A stretch of DNA of 64,000 nucleotides from an uncultured Candidatus Rokubacteria bacterium (GTDB lineage: Bacteria; Methylomirabilota; Methylomirabilia; Rokubacteriales; CSP1-6), in the NCBI GenBank assembly GCA_963758635.1, contig CAVWWD010000008.1, positions 779,215 through 843,214 of the forward strand, given 5' to 3'. Under the pieces are notes generated by a model that was given only the letters and a program-made list of their open reading frames with translations, was not told the DNA's origin and made no database searches. The translations under genes and the position numbers were made by a program. Below are positions 9,234 through 17,607 of this stretch, in pieces (positions within the stretch are counted from its first letter, which is position 1; every line of letters begins with the position of its first letter).

Positions 9234-10478
9234 TCACTTCCGTGCGGCGCGTGCCTCTGCCTGCGCCAGGTCCGGCAGGTTGGCGGCCGACGCGGCCAGG
9301 AGCGGCGACTTCGTGACCTTGAGCGCGGCCGCCGCCGCCTCGTTCCCCGTGATCTTCGCCATCACGGCCTCGCGGGCGCGGTTGAAGTACTCGCGGTTGG
9401 TGGCCACGAATTCCCGCGAGGTCCGGAGCCCCGTGAGGTAGCCGTTGATCTCCGGCACCACGTAGCGCGCCACCATGTCCCAGCTCCGCATGGTGTTCTC
9501 CGGGTTGGCCCAGTCGTGGACGAAGCCGACCACGGTGCCGAAGCCCCCGGAGATGTCCAGCAGCGACTTGATGCGCGTCACGAGATCATCCGGGGTGCCG
9601 ATGGTGGCGACGGCGCCGGAGACGAACGCCGTCTTGTCCACGGCCTCGTCCGCGTCCTTGTAGGGGCGGGCGCCGGGGCGCTGGAGCGTGGCCGTGATGT
9701 ACTCGTTGTGGTGCCGGAGCAGCCCGTCGCGGGCCTCGGCGCGGGCCCGCTCGCGCGTCTCGGCGATGTGCCAGCTCATGAGCACGCGCCAGTCCTTCCG
9801 GCTCACCACCTGGCCGTGCTCGGCCGCCGCCGTCTCCGCGAAGCCCCACTGCGTGGGCAGGGCGTTCAGGCCTTCCTCGGACAGCGACCCGATCGAGATC
9901 ACGCCGATGCCGTGCTTGCCGGCCAGCGTCATGCCCGACGGGCTGATCTGCGACGCGACGGCGAACGGCATGTCGTCCTGGAGCGGCAGGAGCTGCAGCT
10001 TGGCGTCCTGGAGCGTGAACCAGTCGGACGTGACGGTGAGGCGCTCTCCGCGCATGAGGCGGCGGATGACGCCGATGGCCTCGTCCTGCCGGTCGCGCAG
10101 GAGCATCGGGTCGATGCCGAGGGTGTGGGCGTCCGACGCCAGCGCGCCCGGTCCCGAGCCAAAGATCACGCGCCCGCCCGTCATGTAGTCGAGCTGCACC
10201 ATCCGCTGCGCCACGTTGTAGGGATGGTGATAGGGCAGGGACACGACGCCGGTGGCGAGCTTGATGCGCCTGGTGCGCTCGCCGGCCGCGGCGAGGAACA
10301 TCTCGGGCGAGCCGATCGTCTCCCAGCCGCTCGAGTGGTGCTCCCCGCACCAGAACTCCTCGTAGCCCAGCTCGTCCAGGCGCGCCACCAGATCGAGGTC
10401 GCGGCGGAACTGGAGCATCGGGTGCTCGCCGATCGGGTGGTGGGGGGCGAGGAAGGCGCCGAAGTTCAGTCGAGGCAT
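9234..10478 (-). CDS. LLM class flavin-dependent oxidoreductase
   Basis: Start MPRLNFGAFLAPHHP at 10478 with GAGGAG upstream. Motifs: ELGYEEFWCGEHHS, KLATGVVSLPYHHPYNVAQRMVQLD, GGRVIFGSGPGA. The upstream 530 codons of the track ORF are non-coding read-through. Confidence 0.85.
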   Translation of the reverse strand: MPRLNFGAFLAPHHPIGEHPMLQFRRDLDLVARLDELGYEEFWCGEHHSSGWETIGSPEMFLAAAGERTRRIKLATGVVSLPYHHPYNVAQRMVQLDYMTGGRVIFGSGPGALASDAHTLGIDPMLLRDRQDEAIGVIRRLMRGERLTVTSDWFTLQDAKLQLLPLQDDMPFAVASQISPSGMTLAGKHGIGVISIGSLSEEGLNALPTQWGFAETAAAEHGQVVSRKDWRVLMSWHIAETRERARAEARDGLLRHHNEYITATLQRPGARPYKDADEAVDKTAFVSGAVATIGTPDDLVTRIKSLLDISGGFGTVVGFVHDWANPENTMRSWDMVARYVVPEINGYLTGLRTSREFVATNREYFNRAREAVMAKITGNEAAAAALKVTKSPLLAASAANLPDLAQAEARAARK

Positions 10479-10736
10479 CAGCGGGTCTCCTCGGTCGAGG
10501 TTGTGAAGGGCCATGGACGCTTCCTCCCGCCCCAACGTTACCATCGCCGGGGCGGCGGACGGGCGGCCTCTCGGGCGCCCGCCGCGGATCAACGTCCCCA
10601 TGGCGCTGCGCGGGCACATCGCGGTACCTTCTGCGTGACCGGGTTCGGCGCCACGCGGGAGCGCGGCGGGCGCCGACCACCGGCGCGCGCGATGGGTACG
10701 AGATGCTCCAGTCACCACCGATTGGAGGGCCGTCCG

Positions 10737-11957
10737 ATGCCGCAGGTCGCTGCCGCAGAGCGCCTCCCCGTTGACGTCGACGCTCACGCCCCGGTGCAGG
10801 CCGCCCTGGCGCTCGGCCCGGCCATCCGCGGGTGCCACGACGAGATCGAGCGCGAGCAGCGGCTGCCGAAGGCGCTGGTCGAGCAGTTCCACGCCGCCGG
10901 CTTCTACAGCATGGTCATCCCGCGCGCGCTGGGCGGCCTGCAGGCCGACCCGCTGACCTACCTGCGTGTCGTCGAGGTCCTGGCCGAGAGCGCGGGCTCC
11001 GTGGGCTGGAACATCGCCAATAACACCATCGGCCAGCTCGTGACGCTCGGGCTGCCCGACGACGGCGTCCGCGAGATCTACGCGACCGGCGCCGACACCG
11101 TGATCGCGGGCACCGCGGTGATGGGCGGGGGGCGGGCCGTGCCGGTCGATGGCGGCTACCGCGTCAGCGGGCGCTGGCGCTTCGGCAGCGGCTGCCAGGA
11201 GAGCGCGTGGATGCTGGGCAGCTTCCAGATCCTCGACGGAGACCAGGTGCGCCGGAGCCCCGACGGCGCCTTCGCGTTCTGGCGCGGGGTCTTTCCGCGC
11301 TCGGAGGCCCACGTCGTCGACGGGAGCTGGGACGTGTCCGGCCTGCGGGGCACCGGGAGCTTCGACTGGACGGTCGAGGACGTGTTCCTGCCCCAGCGCC
11401 GCGTGATGATCCACGCCGGCGTGCCGCTCGATAACCAGTGGAGCCGGTGGCCGGGGATCTCGTACGCGCTCCCCGCCCAGGCCTGGGTCGGGCCGCACCA
11501 CAGCGCGGTGATCACGGGCATCGCGCGCGCGGGCATCGACGCGCTGGTCGAGCTGGCCGGCGGCAAGACGCCGCGCGGCCGCACCGGCCTCCTCTGCGAG
11601 AACCCGCAGGTCCAGGACGCGGTGGGACGCGCCGACGCCATGCTGAACGCCGGACGCGTCTACCGGAGCGCGATGATCGCCGAGCTGTGGAACACGATCG
11701 CCGCCGGCCAGGAGACCACCCGCGAGCAGCGCGCGCGCTGCCGGCTCGCCGCGGTGTACGCCGCGGACAGCGCGCGCGGCGCGATGGACCTGATGTACCG
11801 GCACGGCGGGAGCACCTCGTTCGAGCGCGAGAGCCGTCTCGCCGAGTGCTGGCGCGATCTCCACGTCGTCGGCCAGACCGTCACGATCGCCCCCGAGTGG
11901 TACCCGATCGGGGGCCGCGTGTACCTCGGAATGGACCCCGGCCCGCGGCTCCGCTAG
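10737..11957 (+). CDS. acyl-CoA dehydrogenase-fold flavoenzyme (type-2 ACAD/monooxygenase-like)
   Basis: ATG 10737 after GGAGGG. 406 aa: LPKALVEQFHAAGFYSMVIPRALGG, GGYRVSGRWRFGSGCQES, WDVSGLRGTGSFDW. Divergent from the LLM gene. Confidence 0.8.
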   Translation: MPQVAAAERLPVDVDAHAPVQAALALGPAIRGCHDEIEREQRLPKALVEQFHAAGFYSMVIPRALGGLQADPLTYLRVVEVLAESAGSVGWNIANNTIGQLVTLGLPDDGVREIYATGADTVIAGTAVMGGGRAVPVDGGYRVSGRWRFGSGCQESAWMLGSFQILDGDQVRRSPDGAFAFWRGVFPRSEAHVVDGSWDVSGLRGTGSFDWTVEDVFLPQRRVMIHAGVPLDNQWSRWPGISYALPAQAWVGPHHSAVITGIARAGIDALVELAGGKTPRGRTGLLCENPQVQDAVGRADAMLNAGRVYRSAMIAELWNTIAAGQETTREQRARCRLAAVYAADSARGAMDLMYRHGGSTSFERESRLAECWRDLHVVGQTVTIAPEWYPIGGRVYLGMDPGPRLR

Positions 11958-12042
11958 CTCGGCCGGGCTCAGGGGAGTCGACGACGACGCTGCGTACGAC
12001 GGGAGGGCCCTAGGCAGTGCACCCAGGCCGAAGGAGGGCGTC

Positions 12043-12297
12043 ATGGTGATGTTCATCATCTGGTATGTGATCGTGGGGTTCATCGTGGGGCTGATCGCGC
12101 GCGCGGTGCTGCCGGGGGCGGATCACATGGGGATGATCGCCACGACCGTCGTGGGCATCGTTGGCTCGGTCATCGGCGGGCTCATCGGAGGGGTGATCAG
12201 CCGGCCCGCGTCCGGCGCGAAGGTCCATCCCGCCGGGCTCCTGATGTCGGTCGTGGGCGCGGTCGTGCTCCTGTTCCTCCTGCGCATGCTCCGGTAG
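12043..12297 (+). CDS. GlsB/YeaQ/YmgE family stress-response membrane protein
   Basis: 84 aa: IIWYVIVGFIVGLIARAVLPG...VGIVGSVIGGLIGG, characteristic of the transglycosylase-associated family. AAGGAGG upstream. Confidence 0.85.
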   Translation: MVMFIIWYVIVGFIVGLIARAVLPGADHMGMIATTVVGIVGSVIGGLIGGVISRPASGAKVHPAGLLMSVVGAVVLLFLLRMLR

Positions 12298-12340
12298 GGC
12301 CGCTTCTCGACGACGCGAGCCACTTCGCCTCCTGCGCCGC

Positions 12341-12365
12341 GGCCGGCCATCCCACGTGGCCGGCC
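12341..12365. terminator. GC hairpin between convergent genes
   Basis: GGCCGGCCA-tcccacg-TGGCCGGCC, a perfect 9-bp stem between the GlsB (+) and NIPSNAP (-) 3' ends. No U tract. Confidence 0.4.
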
Positions 12366-12432
12366 GTCGCGCGCGGCGGCGGCGTCCCGCGGAAGCTCGT
12401 GTGTCTGGAGTCGTACTGGTGTCCGGTCGCGT

Positions 12433-12759
12433 TCAGGGATGCGGGCCCCAGGGCGCGGCGGTCAGGAGCTTGACCTCCTGGGACGCCAGCAGCGGCCGGA
12501 ACTTCGTGGCGAAGCCTTCGATGAAGTCCCGGTTGGCATATACTGCGGCCCAGTGCGCGCGGCGATCCGCGTCGTCGTCGAACTTCCACAGATGGACGAG
12601 CTGATTGATGGTGCCGGTGTCGGCCTGGAAGTAGCCGATGAGCTTCCGATCCTGGCCGCCCTTCTGGAGCGCCGGGAAGCCCAGCTCGGTGTAGAGCTTC
12701 ACGGCCTCGGCCATCTTGCCGACGTGGAGCGTGTAGGTCCGCATCTCATAGACGGTCAT
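12433..12759 (-). CDS. NIPSNAP family protein
   Basis: 108 aa: MTVYEMRTYTLHVGKMAEAVKLY...GTINQLVHLWKFDDDADRRAHW, typical NIPSNAP. Confidence 0.85.
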   Translation of the reverse strand: MTVYEMRTYTLHVGKMAEAVKLYTELGFPALQKGGQDRKLIGYFQADTGTINQLVHLWKFDDDADRRAHWAAVYANRDFIEGFATKFRPLLASQEVKLLTAAPWGPHP

Positions 12760-12905
12760 GGGGGGTCCTTTCGAGCTGTGACCTGGCTGTGATGGTCGTC
12801 GAGATTCGCGTGAGCACGCAGGGGCGCGATGTCGCCCGCGTGGCCAGGGCTGAAGCTGCTTGAGGTGGAAAATGTAACACGTGGGAAATGTGATAGGAGG
12901 GTGAC

Positions 12906-13958
12906 ATGAAAGGCGTCGTGTTCCTCGGAGACCGGAAGCTGGAGCTCAGGGAGTTCGCGGATCCGACCCCTGGCCCGAGAGACGTGATCCTCGAGATCAA
13001 GGCCTCGGGCATGTGCGGCAGCGACCTGCACAACTACCGCGCGCCGGCCCAGCCGGCGGGCGCGGTGACCGGCGGCATCCGGCGCCAGGCCGGCGTGATC
13101 GCGGGCCACGAGCCGTGCGGCGTGGTGGCCGCGGTGGGCGCCGGCGTCACCGAGAGGGAGGCCCGCGTCGGCGAGCGCGTGATGGACCACCACTACGACG
13201 GCTGCGGCAACTGCAAGCACTGTCGGGCCGGCTGGACCCAGATGTGCCTCGAGGGCACGGTGGTGTACGGCTCCGGCGGGCATGGTGGCCACGCCCGGTA
13301 CATGAAGGTGCCGGTGTCCACGCTGGTGGCGCTGCCGGACGCGCTGTCCTTCGTCACCGGCGCGGCGATCTCGTGCGGCACCGGCACCGCGTGGGGCGCG
13401 CTCCGCCGGCTCAACCTGCAGGGCGGCGAGACGATCGCCATCTTCGGCCAGGGGCCGGTGGGGCTGTCGGCCACCCAGCTCGCCGTGGAGATGGGCGCGC
13501 GCGTCATCGCCCTCGACATCTCGCCGGAGCGGCGGAAGCTCGCGGGCGAGTTCGGCGCTCACCACGTGATCGACGCCGGCGAGGGGGACGTCGTGGCGGC
13601 GATCCGGGACCTGACCCACGGCGAAGGGGCGCACAAGACGCTCGACGCGTCCTCGGCGCCGGCCGCACGGGCCGCGGCCGTGCGGGCGGTGCGCTCGTGG
13701 GGCACCGCGTGCTTCGTCGGCGAGCGCGGCCAGGTGACGCTCGACGTGAGCCCGGACCTCCTGCGGCGCCAGGTGACGCTCGTCGGCTCCTGGACGTTCT
13801 CCAAGCAGGGTCAGGCCGAGTGCGCCGAGTTCGTCGCCGATCGGAAGGTGGACGTGGAGCGGCTCTTCACCCACCGCTGGACGCTCGATCAGGCCGAGGA
13901 GGCCTACAAGCTCTTCGACACGCAGACCACGGGCAAGGCGGTCATCCTGCCGTCCTGA
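12906..13958 (+). CDS. zinc-dependent alcohol dehydrogenase (MDR family)
   Basis: 350 aa with AGGAGG upstream. Catalytic Zn ligands (GMCGSDLH, GHEPCGVV), structural Zn motif (DGCGNCKHCRAGWTQMC), NAD fold GQGPVGLSA. Confidence 0.9.
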   Translation: MKGVVFLGDRKLELREFADPTPGPRDVILEIKASGMCGSDLHNYRAPAQPAGAVTGGIRRQAGVIAGHEPCGVVAAVGAGVTEREARVGERVMDHHYDGCGNCKHCRAGWTQMCLEGTVVYGSGGHGGHARYMKVPVSTLVALPDALSFVTGAAISCGTGTAWGALRRLNLQGGETIAIFGQGPVGLSATQLAVEMGARVIALDISPERRKLAGEFGAHHVIDAGEGDVVAAIRDLTHGEGAHKTLDASSAPAARAAAVRAVRSWGTACFVGERGQVTLDVSPDLLRRQVTLVGSWTFSKQGQAECAEFVADRKVDVERLFTHRWTLDQAEEAYKLFDTQTTGKAVILPS

Positions 13959-14162
13959 CGATCGTCGAGGGAGGCCGCGCGTCGGGCGGATCCCGCGCCA
14001 CGACGAGCCGGTCACGGCAGCCCGCGCCAGCGGCGGACCCCGGAGAGGATCTGCGGGTCGTGCCAGTCCCACAGCCGCTCGGGATGCGCGTCAACGTCGC
14101 GCGGCGACCGACACCCGCTCGCTACCGGACCTCGCCGGCAGCGACCCAGAGGAGAGTGCCCG

Positions 14163-15005
14163 ATGAGCTCGAGCCGTCGACCCGTTGCCGTCGTCGTGGG
14201 CGCAACGTCCAAGTGGCAAGCGGATGGCCGCAACACGCTGCTGGCCCACGGCAAGGCCGTGGACGACCGTGACCTGCCGGTCGGCGTGCGCTGGGGCGTC
14301 GGCGGCGCCATCGCGCAGAAGTTCGCGCAGGAGGGCTTCGCGGTGGTCCTGACGACCCGCAAGGCCGCCAACGCGGCCGCGCTGGACGAGGCGATCCGCG
14401 CGAAAGGCGGGACGAGCGTGGTCGTCGAGCTGGACCTCGTCTCGCCGGAGTCCATCGCGAAGGCCTTCGCCACGGTCCGAGAGAAGGTCGGGGACCCCGA
14501 GGTCCTCGTCTACAACGCGGGGTATCTCGAGGGGCGGGACCTGCCGCCCGACAAGGAGCTCCTCGAGCACGTCCCCGACGAGATCTTCGAGACGGCGCAG
14601 CACATCGCGAGCCGCGGCCCCTTCCTGGTGGCGAAGGAGGTCCTGCCCACGATGCGCCGGCGCGGATCGGGCTCGTTCCTCATCTCGAACAACCAGTTCT
14701 CGCTCCGGGGCCGCAAGCGCCTCACCGGGCAGTCGCTCTACTATCCGCGCGTGATGATGCGCACGCTCGCGCAGGTGCTCACGGAGGAGTATTCCGAGCA
14801 CGGCGTGCACGTCGCCAACGTCATCATCGACGGCCTGATCGACTCGCCGGGGACCCGGGCCCTCCCGCGCGCCCAGCAGCACCCGGAGGCGGTGATGAAC
14901 CCGGTAAAGATCGCCGAGGCGTTCTACTACCTCCATACGCAGGACCGGTCGTGCTGGACGCACGAGCTGCAGCTCACGCCCTACTCGACCAGGCCGAGCG
15001 TCTAG
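14163..15005 (+). CDS. SDR-like oxidoreductase (atypical)
   Basis: 280 aa. VAVVVGATSKW...GVGGAIAQKF is an interrupted dinucleotide motif. Also VLVYNAG and a Rossmann-type layout. No clean YxxxK noted. Confidence 0.65.
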   Translation: MSSSRRPVAVVVGATSKWQADGRNTLLAHGKAVDDRDLPVGVRWGVGGAIAQKFAQEGFAVVLTTRKAANAAALDEAIRAKGGTSVVVELDLVSPESIAKAFATVREKVGDPEVLVYNAGYLEGRDLPPDKELLEHVPDEIFETAQHIASRGPFLVAKEVLPTMRRRGSGSFLISNNQFSLRGRKRLTGQSLYYPRVMMRTLAQVLTEEYSEHGVHVANVIIDGLIDSPGTRALPRAQQHPEAVMNPVKIAEAFYYLHTQDRSCWTHELQLTPYSTRPSV

Positions 15006-15049
15006 TTTAGTCGCCACGGGGCCCGGCGGGCGGCACATCGGCTGCGCAG

Positions 15050-15349
15050 ATGATCGGCGTTGCCGTCCTCGTGCTGGTGGGACCCACCGACCAGGAGGTG
15101 GATCGGGCGGAGGACACGCTCGAGAGCCTGTGGGCGTACGAGCCCGCGGTGGGCTGGTGCGTCCTCGTCGACGACTCGGTGGACGATCGCCGGCTGAGCC
15201 GGCGTGTGCGTTGCCCGCCGACGGCGGAAGTGGTCAGCATCCCGAATCCGCGCCGCGGACGGGGCAACGGCCTCCTCGGGGGCACCTGTGCCGGCGTTCT
15301 GTCGGCGCTGTCCTGGATCCACGCGCACGCGGATCCGCAGTTCTGCCTC
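15050..15349 (+). pseudogene. N-terminal fragment of a glycosyltransferase-like gene
   Basis: MIGVAVLVLVGPTDQEVDRAEDTLESLW...CVLVDDSVDD...RGRGNGLLGGTCAGVLSALSWIHAHADPQF resembles the first ~100 aa of a GT-A type protein. It loses similarity at ~15345, where GC drops and a 9-bp-stem hairpin (15350-15397) follows. Confidence 0.35.
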
Positions 15350-15470
15350 AGAAGAACGACCCCACGTTCAGCGAGGAAGAGATCCGCGCGTTCTTCTCGG
15401 CGCGCCGCGCGCGCAGATGACGCGCCGGCCCCGGGACCCGAGGACGGCCGCGGCCCGCCGGCCGCGAAGG

Positions 15471-16028
15471 CTAGGCGGGGAGCGCGGGCTCGGTGGCGTG
15501 CGCGGGGGCCTCCAACTCGTAGGTGTTCATGTTGTAGGCGAGCACCGCGTAGCAGGCGATCAGGTTGGTGAGCGTCATGACGCCGCGCTGGCCGAAACGA
15601 GCGGTGGCCGCGTCGAACGTGGGCCGGGTCACCTTGCGCGCCTGGAGCAGCTCGCGCGTGAAGTCCACAAGGATCCGCTCGTCGGCGTCGAGACCCGCGG
15701 GCGGACGCTTCTCGCGGATCGCGTCCACGACGTCGTCGCGCACGCCGGCCTGGCGGGCCGCGGCGGCGTGCGCGTACCAGATGAAGGCGCAGCCCATCTC
15801 CCGCGCCACCGAGATCATCACGAGCTCCTGGAGCCGCGGGGGCAGGCTCTCCTCGGCGCGGATGTAGGTGCGGAGCGCCTCGAGCCGTTGCGCCATCTCC
15901 GGCATGTGCAGGAGCAGCGAGTACGGCCCGACGTTCGGCCGGTTCGCCCGGCTGGCCATGAACGCGTCGTACGCGGCCTGTTCCCGGTCGGAGACCTGCT
16001 CACGAGTCGCGAGGGGTATGCGGGCCAT
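15471..16028 (-). CDS. carboxymuconolactone decarboxylase (AhpD-like) family protein
   Basis: Start MARIPLATREQV at 16028 after AAGGAGG. 185 aa: LQELVMISVAREMGCAFIWYAH, GVMTLTNLIACYAVL. Confidence 0.85.
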   Translation of the reverse strand: MARIPLATREQVSDREQAAYDAFMASRANRPNVGPYSLLLHMPEMAQRLEALRTYIRAEESLPPRLQELVMISVAREMGCAFIWYAHAAAARQAGVRDDVVDAIREKRPPAGLDADERILVDFTRELLQARKVTRPTFDAATARFGQRGVMTLTNLIACYAVLAYNMNTYELEAPAHATEPALPA

Positions 16029-16063
16029 GGAGCCTCCTTGACGGCCGTCCGCGGGCAAACGGC

Positions 16064-16939
16064 CTACATGCTGTCGAGGGCCTGCTTCATCTTGAGCGCG
16101 GCGTCGATGTGGTCGCGCGGCGAGGCGAGGCCCGAGTTCATCGTGTTCACGGAGAGGTGGGTCGCGCCGAGGTCGCGCCACTCGCGCGCCCGCTGCACCC
16201 ATTCCGCGGGGCCGCCGATGGAGAGGGCGAAGCGTCCCTCGATGCCGACGGCGGACGGCGCGCGCCCGGCGGCCTGGATATAGCCGCGCAGCCGGTCCAG
16301 CGTCTGCCTGGCCTCGTCGCCGGGCTGAAACTGCGGGAACCACCCGTCGGCGACCTCGGCGAGGCGCTTGAGCACCGGCTCCACGGTGCCACCCATCCAT
16401 ACCGGGATCGGCCGCTGCACGGGCAGGGGGTTGATGCCGGCCCGGTCGATGTGGTGATACGCGCCGTCGAACGTGACGACGGGCTCGGTCCAGAGCTTGC
16501 GCATGACCGCGATCTGCTCGCTGACGCGCCGGCCGCGGGTGTGGAAGTCCTCGTTGAGGGCCTCGTACTCCACGTGGTTCCAGCCGATGCCCACGCCGAG
16601 TCGCAGGCGGCCGCGCGTGAGCACGTCGACGGCGGCGGCCTGCTTGGCGACCAGCGCGGTCTGCCGCTGCGGCAGGATGATGACGCCGGTGACCAGCTCG
16701 AGCCGCTCCGTCACCGCGCCGAGGAATCCGAACAGGACGAACGGTTCGTGGAAAGCGCTCTGGTCGGTGTAGGGGGGCCGCCGGCCCAGCTTCTCGAAGC
16801 GCTCGAGCTTGCCGCCGAGCACGTGGTCGAACACGAGCAGGTGCTGATAGCCCGCGCCCTCCACGGCCTGCGCGTAGTCTCGGATCACCGCGGGATCCGA
16901 GCCGATCTCCGTCTGCGGAAAGACCACGCCGATCTGCAT
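16064..16939 (-). CDS. LLM class F420-dependent oxidoreductase
   Basis: Start MQIGVVFPQTEIG at 16939 after AGGAGA. Motifs: GYQHLLVFDHVLG, ELVTGVIILPQRQTALVAKQAAAVD, GRLRLGVGIGWNHVEYEAL. Confidence 0.85.
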   Translation of the reverse strand: MQIGVVFPQTEIGSDPAVIRDYAQAVEGAGYQHLLVFDHVLGGKLERFEKLGRRPPYTDQSAFHEPFVLFGFLGAVTERLELVTGVIILPQRQTALVAKQAAAVDVLTRGRLRLGVGIGWNHVEYEALNEDFHTRGRRVSEQIAVMRKLWTEPVVTFDGAYHHIDRAGINPLPVQRPIPVWMGGTVEPVLKRLAEVADGWFPQFQPGDEARQTLDRLRGYIQAAGRAPSAVGIEGRFALSIGGPAEWVQRAREWRDLGATHLSVNTMNSGLASPRDHIDAALKMKQALDSM

Positions 16940-17094
16940 GTGTCGTTCTCCTGTTCGTTGGAGGCTGTGCCGCACCGGCCCGCGAGCGAACGGTAGTGCG
17001 CCAGCCCCGCCCAGTCAAGCCGTCCGCCGCCGTCACCCGCAACGCGTCGGCGGGCGCTTGACAAGGCCGAACTCACCTCCCAGGATGCGCTCCG

Positions 17095-17385
17095 CAGCTC
17101 CGCCTGGGCGCCGGCGAGATCCACTTCAGCGAGACCTCACATCCCGCCCCCACCGCGTCCAGTCACTTCGCCATCGAGATCGACGACTGGGACGGCATGA
17201 TGTCCCACCCCGGCGCGCTGGGCATTCCCCACGTCCGGACAGTCCGCGGCGAGCGTCGCCACCAACCTCGCCGGGACCGATCCGACCCAGGGACGCCGGG
17301 ACTACAGCGGGGAGCACTACACCTATCTGCACGACCGGACGGGAACATGATCGAGCTGGTCCACCACCCCTGGGGCATGGAGGAA
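17095..17385 (+). pseudogene. VOC/glyoxalase family remnant (C-terminal half, frameshifted)
   Basis: QLRLGAGEIHFSE...SHFAIEIDDWDGMM...ALGIPH and, one base out of frame, HYTYLHD / PDGNMIELVHHPWG. The expected N-terminal half is absent because the LLM gene start lies at 16939. Confidence 0.45.
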
Positions 17386-17519
17386 CGCGCGCGGAAACAA
17401 GGTGACCATGCCGGTCGCCGACGGCCTCCGCTGGACCCTCCGTCGGGAATTTTTTCAGATTTGCCCCCGGTAGTAACGCACCGCCTTACAACCTATTGAA
17501 ATCTCTGCGCTATGTCGGG

Positions 17520-17535
17520 TGGCATGATACCTGCG
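17520..17535 (+). promoter_or_regulatory. putative sigma-54 (-24/-12) promoter
   Basis: TGGCAT-GATAC-CTGCG versus consensus TGGCAC-N5-TTGCW, with exact GG-N10-GC spacing. It lies ~75 nt upstream of the VPLPA-CTERM protein start in the only AT-richer intergenic region. Confidence 0.4.
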
Positions 17536-17541
17536 AAGGGG

Positions 17542-17567
17542 TTATCCCGTCAGTAATTATCCCGTCA
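17542..17567 (+). repeat. tandem direct repeat TTATCCCGTCA x2 (period 15)
   Basis: TTATCCCGTCA at 17542-17552 and 17557-17567, both perfect. Located between the sigma-54-like promoter and the GGGAGGAG RBS. Confidence 0.6.
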
Positions 17568-17607
17568 TTGGATGGCTAAACCCCGCCAGGGGGCTGGGAG
17601 GAGAGCA

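Noticed and set aside
14012-14110. Minus-strand tail ...DAHPERLWDWHDPQILSGVRRWRGLP-stop as an amidohydrolase-2 remnant (compare the ERLLWGSDWPH motif).
   Set aside because: Only ~12 residues are loosely similar, and the rest of that ORF is antisense to the SDR-like gene.
15050-15349. The GT-like N-terminal fragment (15050, + strand) and the GT2 C-terminal fragment (50066-50330, - strand) as two halves of one gene split by a 35-kb inversion or insertion.
   Set aside because: The two pieces look like different GT subfamilies. The first lacks the Dpm1-type DxD context, and nothing at the breakpoints matches.
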